From Candidatus Latescibacterota bacterium (lineage in GTDB: Bacteria; Latescibacterota; UBA2968), in NCBI GenBank assembly GCA_965220765.1, contig OZ244847.1, positions 49,849 to 113,848 on the forward strand: a DNA stretch of 64,000 nucleotides. The letters run 5' to 3'. This document shows positions 59,898 to 64,000 of the stretch, piece by piece. The position numbers and the translations under genes were made by a program. Each line of letters opens with the position of its first letter. Position 1 is the first letter of the stretch. Under the pieces are notes generated by a model, which searched no databases, was not told where the DNA came from, and saw nothing but the letters and a program-made list of their open reading frames with translations.

Positions 59898-59979
59898 AAT
59901 TACAGTCAAATTATTTCAAAAAGATTAAACAGAGATAAACTCGGTGTTTCTTTATTTTTTATTTTACACTAAAAGCAGT

Positions 59980-62763
59980 TCACGATTTCCCGAAATTCTC
60001 CACAAAAATCAGAAAATCGGGAATTCCAATCTCGCCATCGCCATTTAGATCGTATTTTTCTTCATACTCTGCTTGACCCACCCGGGAACCAAACGCCTGA
60101 TAAAAAAGATCATAGTCGTAGTAATCCACAACACCATCTCCATTAAAGTCCGGAGAAGGAGGAACAGCCACTCTCAGGGCAATATTCAGATCCACGGGCA
60201 GTATCTCGGCGTATTCCTCTCCCACAACTCTCAACTGCATCAGGCGTATGTCTGTGCCCGAAAACGCCTCTGTGGTGCGAAAGCGAATTGTACCTGCCAA
60301 ACTGCCATCAACCATTGGGTTTTCTTTTGATAACGTCATCCCTATCGTCACAAAATCACTTCCGGGAAGGGCCAAGATACCAGACAAGACACGCTCCCTG
60401 CTAACCCCTTCATAAACCACCTGTGTCGCATCGTATTCAAAGCGCAGAAAAAAATCATCTATAGATTGAAAATAGGTACCGAAAATCTGGATAGAGATAA
60501 CGCGACCGGGAAAAACATCGAGAACGGACACTGACTGATTCTCTTCAAAATCATCCAGATCCAGAGAGACGGTCGGCGTGACCGTCTTACCAATACCCAC
60601 TTCCGACCAGTCGCCATCGCCTGTCGCATTGCTCCCTCGCACCTGCACCACGTATGCGGTATTGGGCCTTAGCCCGGTGATGACCGCACTCGTTCCGGTC
60701 ACACCCTGTGGACCGTCCGTAAAGACCAGAGTGTCGCCCTGTCGGTAGCGCAAATCGTAGCTCGTAATCGTCGTGGAAAGGGCCTCCCAATTCACCGTCA
60801 CACTGGTCGCCGATTCCCCCGTCACCGCAGGCGCGTCAGGTGCCCAGGGTAGTGGCTGACCGAAATACATCTCAGCCAGTGCAAAAGCATCCTCGCCAAT
60901 GTGGGCACCGATGATACGCGCGGGGATATCATCTACAGGTGGATGAATGCCGCCCCAAAGGCGAGAGAGAGAACTCTGATCAGAGGCGTCCTGGTACGTA
61001 GCCCATTGCAGCACCACATCCACACTGGGACCTTCCTCAAAAACGAGAAAGCGATTGCGCGCAATGCTAAACTCGCCCATTCCCCCCGGGAAAAACGGAT
61101 CGCCGGTAAGCAAAGTCAAAACTCTGGCAGCAGCATTCGAGAAGACCGAATGCCCCGAAACATAGCCAGCAAAAGGCGGAGAAACAAAATTGGACCGCTG
61201 ATACGGCCACCAGTTCTCGGCCAATATCCAGCCCACGCCAGCGATATCAGTCGCCGTATCCGTGACATAATCCGGCCCGCGCCAGACCTTCAATTTGATT
61301 TTGTCGATATGCTCACCGCCTGCGCCTGCGAGGGGGTCGTCGGCTTTGACCAACTCGATATAGCCATCCATAAGAGGCAGACCAGCTGGATCATAGCGCG
61401 GCAAGTCTGGATCGCTGCTCTGGCCGCGATCAGCCATCCAGCGAATGGCCGAAATGGGACGGATATAGTCGTACCAGGCCTTTATGCTCCACGCACTCAC
61501 GGCGGCATCATGCATGGCACCTCCCAGAGCCAGATATGCCTTTACATCCCATTCCAGATCGTCGAGAACCGGCCCCTGTCCTTTGAAACGTTTCTCAAAA
61601 AGCGGATGGTCGCTAACGTAATTGAGGATGCTGAACCAATGGCCCGGTGGCGTCTCGGTATCTGGACCATCGGCCCAAAATTCAGCCAGTACCCGGGCAT
61701 AGTCGGCACGCGGCACCCACTGGTCTTCATAGGGCTGCCCAGTATGGGGATTGATCGGATGGCCCTGGCTGGCATCACCGCCATCGAAAAAATTGTAGAA
61801 TGCCTTGTACTCGCTCAGCGTCTGGGGCAATGTTGGCGCATTGCCGATAGCACCGGGGGAGATATTCCAGAGGACGCCGTCAGCCGGGTCGAGATGGGAC
61901 GACCACAGCGCGACGAGGGCAAAACCCCATTGATATTCTTCGGACGACATTCTCAATCCGGCGCGGTCGAGGTTCTCCTGCTGAATATTTATATGGGGCG
62001 GCGGTCCCGGATCGTGATAAACCGGATAGTTGTCACCGTCCCGTTGGTACATCGTCATGTCCTCTTCGCCGAGGGCAAAGGGCATCATGGAACCCCATTC
62101 AGGCGTGAGAAAATCGTCGTATTCTCCAAGACTGAGGGGCTGCCAGAAATTGGGATCGATAAGGCCGTTGTGCCCTGGCAAGGAGGGGTCTAAAGACGGA
62201 TTGAGCGGGGTATAGTAGCGGCTGCGGTAAGCGTCTCGTTCATTGGCACCGTCCTGCAAGCCAAACTGAATCAATTGCTGGGCGATATAGTTGCCCAGTG
62301 CCGCGGGGGTGCCGTCGGTGTAGTCTGTGGAGGTGAAATTTGGATCGTATCCCAGTTCTATCATGAGATCGCCGATGATATTGTGCGTCGTCGCTGCGCC
62401 AGGGGAATAGGCAAAGCGATGTTCTATAAGGCGATAAGCCGCATAGCTCATGGCCTGGCGGCGGGCCTCTTCTATGTTATCGGGACGGGGCACACTGTCA
62501 AAGGGAACAGTAAAACCATTGACAGTTTTGCCCAGCAGATAAGTCTGCTCGGGGCCATCGCCGTACACCGTCCATGCATCGTACAACGCTATATTGGTAT
62601 GAAAAAGATTGCGAGCCTGGATTGTGGGAAAGGCTTTGTCGTTGCTAATCGCCGTCAAAAGGGCCTCGTTCCACTGTCGCGCCACCGAATGCTGAGCGAG
62701 TGTTGGAGAGGCGGATAGCGCGAAGGAGATGAAGAGCACACAGATTAAAAGACTTTTATTCAT
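59980..62763 (-). CDS. Secreted vanadium-dependent haloperoxidase/PAP2-like protein with FN3, cohesin-like and dockerin/EF-hand-like domains
   Basis: Signal peptide; KAWYDYIRP, PPFAGYVSGHS and SRLWGGIHP vanadate-site motifs; FN3 (ITGLRPNTAYVVQVR); C-terminal DFNGDGVVD...DLNGDGEIG. Confidence 0.85.
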   Translation of the reverse strand: MNKSLLICVLFISFALSASPTLAQHSVARQWNEALLTAISNDKAFPTIQARNLFHTNIALYDAWTVYGDGPEQTYLLGKTVNGFTVPFDSVPRPDNIEEARRQAMSYAAYRLIEHRFAYSPGAATTHNIIGDLMIELGYDPNFTSTDYTDGTPAALGNYIAQQLIQFGLQDGANERDAYRSRYYTPLNPSLDPSLPGHNGLIDPNFWQPLSLGEYDDFLTPEWGSMMPFALGEEDMTMYQRDGDNYPVYHDPGPPPHINIQQENLDRAGLRMSSEEYQWGFALVALWSSHLDPADGVLWNISPGAIGNAPTLPQTLSEYKAFYNFFDGGDASQGHPINPHTGQPYEDQWVPRADYARVLAEFWADGPDTETPPGHWFSILNYVSDHPLFEKRFKGQGPVLDDLEWDVKAYLALGGAMHDAAVSAWSIKAWYDYIRPISAIRWMADRGQSSDPDLPRYDPAGLPLMDGYIELVKADDPLAGAGGEHIDKIKLKVWRGPDYVTDTATDIAGVGWILAENWWPYQRSNFVSPPFAGYVSGHSVFSNAAARVLTLLTGDPFFPGGMGEFSIARNRFLVFEEGPSVDVVLQWATYQDASDQSSLSRLWGGIHPPVDDIPARIIGAHIGEDAFALAEMYFGQPLPWAPDAPAVTGESATSVTVNWEALSTTITSYDLRYRQGDTLVFTDGPQGVTGTSAVITGLRPNTAYVVQVRGSNATGDGDWSEVGIGKTVTPTVSLDLDDFEENQSVSVLDVFPGRVISIQIFGTYFQSIDDFFLRFEYDATQVVYEGVSRERVLSGILALPGSDFVTIGMTLSKENPMVDGSLAGTIRFRTTEAFSGTDIRLMQLRVVGEEYAEILPVDLNIALRVAVPPSPDFNGDGVVDYYDYDLFYQAFGSRVGQAEYEEKYDLNGDGEIGIPDFLIFVENFGKS

Positions 62764-62857
62764 ACATTTATCTCCTTTCTAAGGTTGTGTTGTTATTAAC
62801 TGGCATGACGCTACAACAGACAATACCCGTTCCAACTATAAATATTTTCGCAACCTA

Positions 62858-62886
62858 TTGACTTGATATATTGAGATTGCTACATT
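62858..62886 (+). promoter_or_regulatory. Sigma70-type promoter
   Basis: TTGACT-N17-TACATT with an extended -10 TG. Confidence 0.65.
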
Positions 62887-62892
62887 TATATC

Positions 62893-62979
62893 AAGTCGTG
62901 GGGTAGAAATATCCTGCGATTATCGCGCCGAAGGGGGTTCTTATCTTGGCAGATGCCCCCCTTCGGCTTTGTATTTTTT
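62893..62979 (+). ncRNA. Candidate small RNA or leader (two hairpins, the second terminator-like)
   Basis: 12-bp stem with four G-U pairs and a GAAA tetraloop, then GCCGAAGGGGG...CCCCCTTCGGC followed by a U-rich tail; directly downstream of the promoter. Confidence 0.5.
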
Positions 62980-63152
62980 AGCCGAAATCGCATCGCAAAA
63001 AGTGTTCACCATAACTGATTAAAAACAAAGAAATATTAAAAATTGTCAAATTATTTTTTTTAAAAAAAAGAGAAATCAAACTTATATTTATCCTGAAAAA
63101 TTCATAAAATTTGATAATTGCTACGCGATGTGTGACTTGGGAAGGAAAAAAG

Positions 63153-64000
63153 ATGAAAATTTGTCTATTTTTAACCTTATATTTGCTCGCTATTGGACTT
63201 TGTGAAGCCAGCGACAAAATTGAAACAGCCAAAGCGCAAACCTATCAAGCCATTGATCTGCACCCATTGCGAGATGGGATGAGCCACTGGCGCAAGCGAT
63301 ATGGACGCGACCGCAACGACCCGATGTACGATCCCTCGCAGATTGTCCATATAGCTGAAAACATGCTCGCCTACCAGAACGCAGATGGTGGCTGGCCCAA
63401 TAACGTAGATTGGCAGGCGCAGATCGACCCCGACATAGTCAGAGCGATCAAAGGCGAGCGTCGGATGATCAGCACATTTGACAATCACAACACATTCTCA
63501 CAGATCGATTATCTGGCAAAGGTGTACATCGCAACTGACCTGGTGCGATATCGCAACGCAGTCGAACGGGGTCTGGACTATATATTGCGCGAACAACACC
63601 CCACGGGTGGATGGCGCGGTTGGGATGTCGATGCCATTACCTATAATGACGGCGTAATGGTTGGCATAATGACCCTGTTAAAAGACGTCGCAGACCGCAA
63701 GCCTCAGTTCGCCTGGGCAAGCGATGAACTGCACGCCAAAGCCAAAGCCGCACTGAACCGGGCGATTGATGTAACCCTGAAATGTCAGATTGTCGTCCAA
63801 AGCAAAAAAACGGGATGGTGTCAGCAACACGACCATATAACTCATAAACCCGTCAAAGCGCGCACTTATGAACTGCCGTCCATTACAGCGGGACAAACGG
63901 CGAAGATCGTACATTTTTTGATGCGTATTGAAAATCCGAGTCCCGAGATAATAGATGCAATCGAAAGTGCGGTACAATGGTTTCACGACGCAAAAATAGA
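63153..64000 (+). CDS. Pectate lyase, PL10 family (PelA-like); runs off the window edge
   Basis: Manual translation: signal peptide MKICLFL, YQNADGGWP, STFDN, GGW, ITYNDGVM, GWCQQHD, ARTYELPS. Confidence 0.88.
   Translation, partial: MKICLFLTLYLLAIGLCEASDKIETAKAQTYQAIDLHPLRDGMSHWRKRYGRDRNDPMYDPSQIVHIAENMLAYQNADGGWPNNVDWQAQIDPDIVRAIKGERRMISTFDNHNTFSQIDYLAKVYIATDLVRYRNAVERGLDYILREQHPTGGWRGWDVDAITYNDGVMVGIMTLLKDVADRKPQFAWASDELHAKAKAALNRAIDVTLKCQIVVQSKKTGWCQQHDHITHKPVKARTYELPSITAGQTAKIVHFLMRIENPSPEIIDAIESAVQWFHDAKI

Noticed and set aside
60901-62193. 430-aa + strand ORF
   Set aside because: Antisense shadow of the haloperoxidase-like gene.

Overview
Bacterial genomic window, mostly ~52-56% GC by eye, with AT-richer accessory islands. 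The gene content (secreted internalin-like LRR proteins, a dockerin-like C-terminal tag, polysaccharide lyases, urea uptake and urease, AcuI, many toxin-antitoxin modules) is compatible with a marine host-associated (sponge-type) Latescibacterota/Gemmatimonadota/Poribacteria-like organism. That assignment is inference only. From left to right: a partial enolase-superfamily gene; a TA-rich cassette cluster (0.9-6.1 kb) punctuated by three copies of a ~46-bp promoter-like repeat; PL6 lyase and esterase; spermidine-synthase/TPR fusion; GGT; an SDR plus divergent QueA operon behind a leader terminator; FG-GAP propeller and NIPSNAP; an McrB-like GTPase with no adjacent McrC; three tandem paralogous 4-TM proteins; AhpD and DegT; a defence island (AlbA_2 gene split by an IS5-family element, restriction endonuclease, N6-MTase); two tandem LRR genes; UbiD; AcuI; an uncharacterised nuclease-like plus TPR-like gene pair bracketed by duplicated hairpins; the housekeeping block pdxH-pdxJ-tig-clpP-clpX-engB-(D-TA family)-serA-purA; IS982; a urtA-porin-urtBCDE-ureAB-ureC-ureF-ureG-ureD operon of eukaryote-like type without ureE; a secreted vanadium-haloperoxidase-like multidomain protein; a candidate sRNA; and a partial PL10 pectate lyase. 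I saw no rRNA, tRNA or CRISPR array. The best candidates for undescribed biology are the nuclease-like/TPR-like pair (34.5-35.6 kb), the triplicated membrane protein locus (19.1-20.3 kb), the promoter-repeat-delimited TA cassette array, and three candidate regulatory RNAs.
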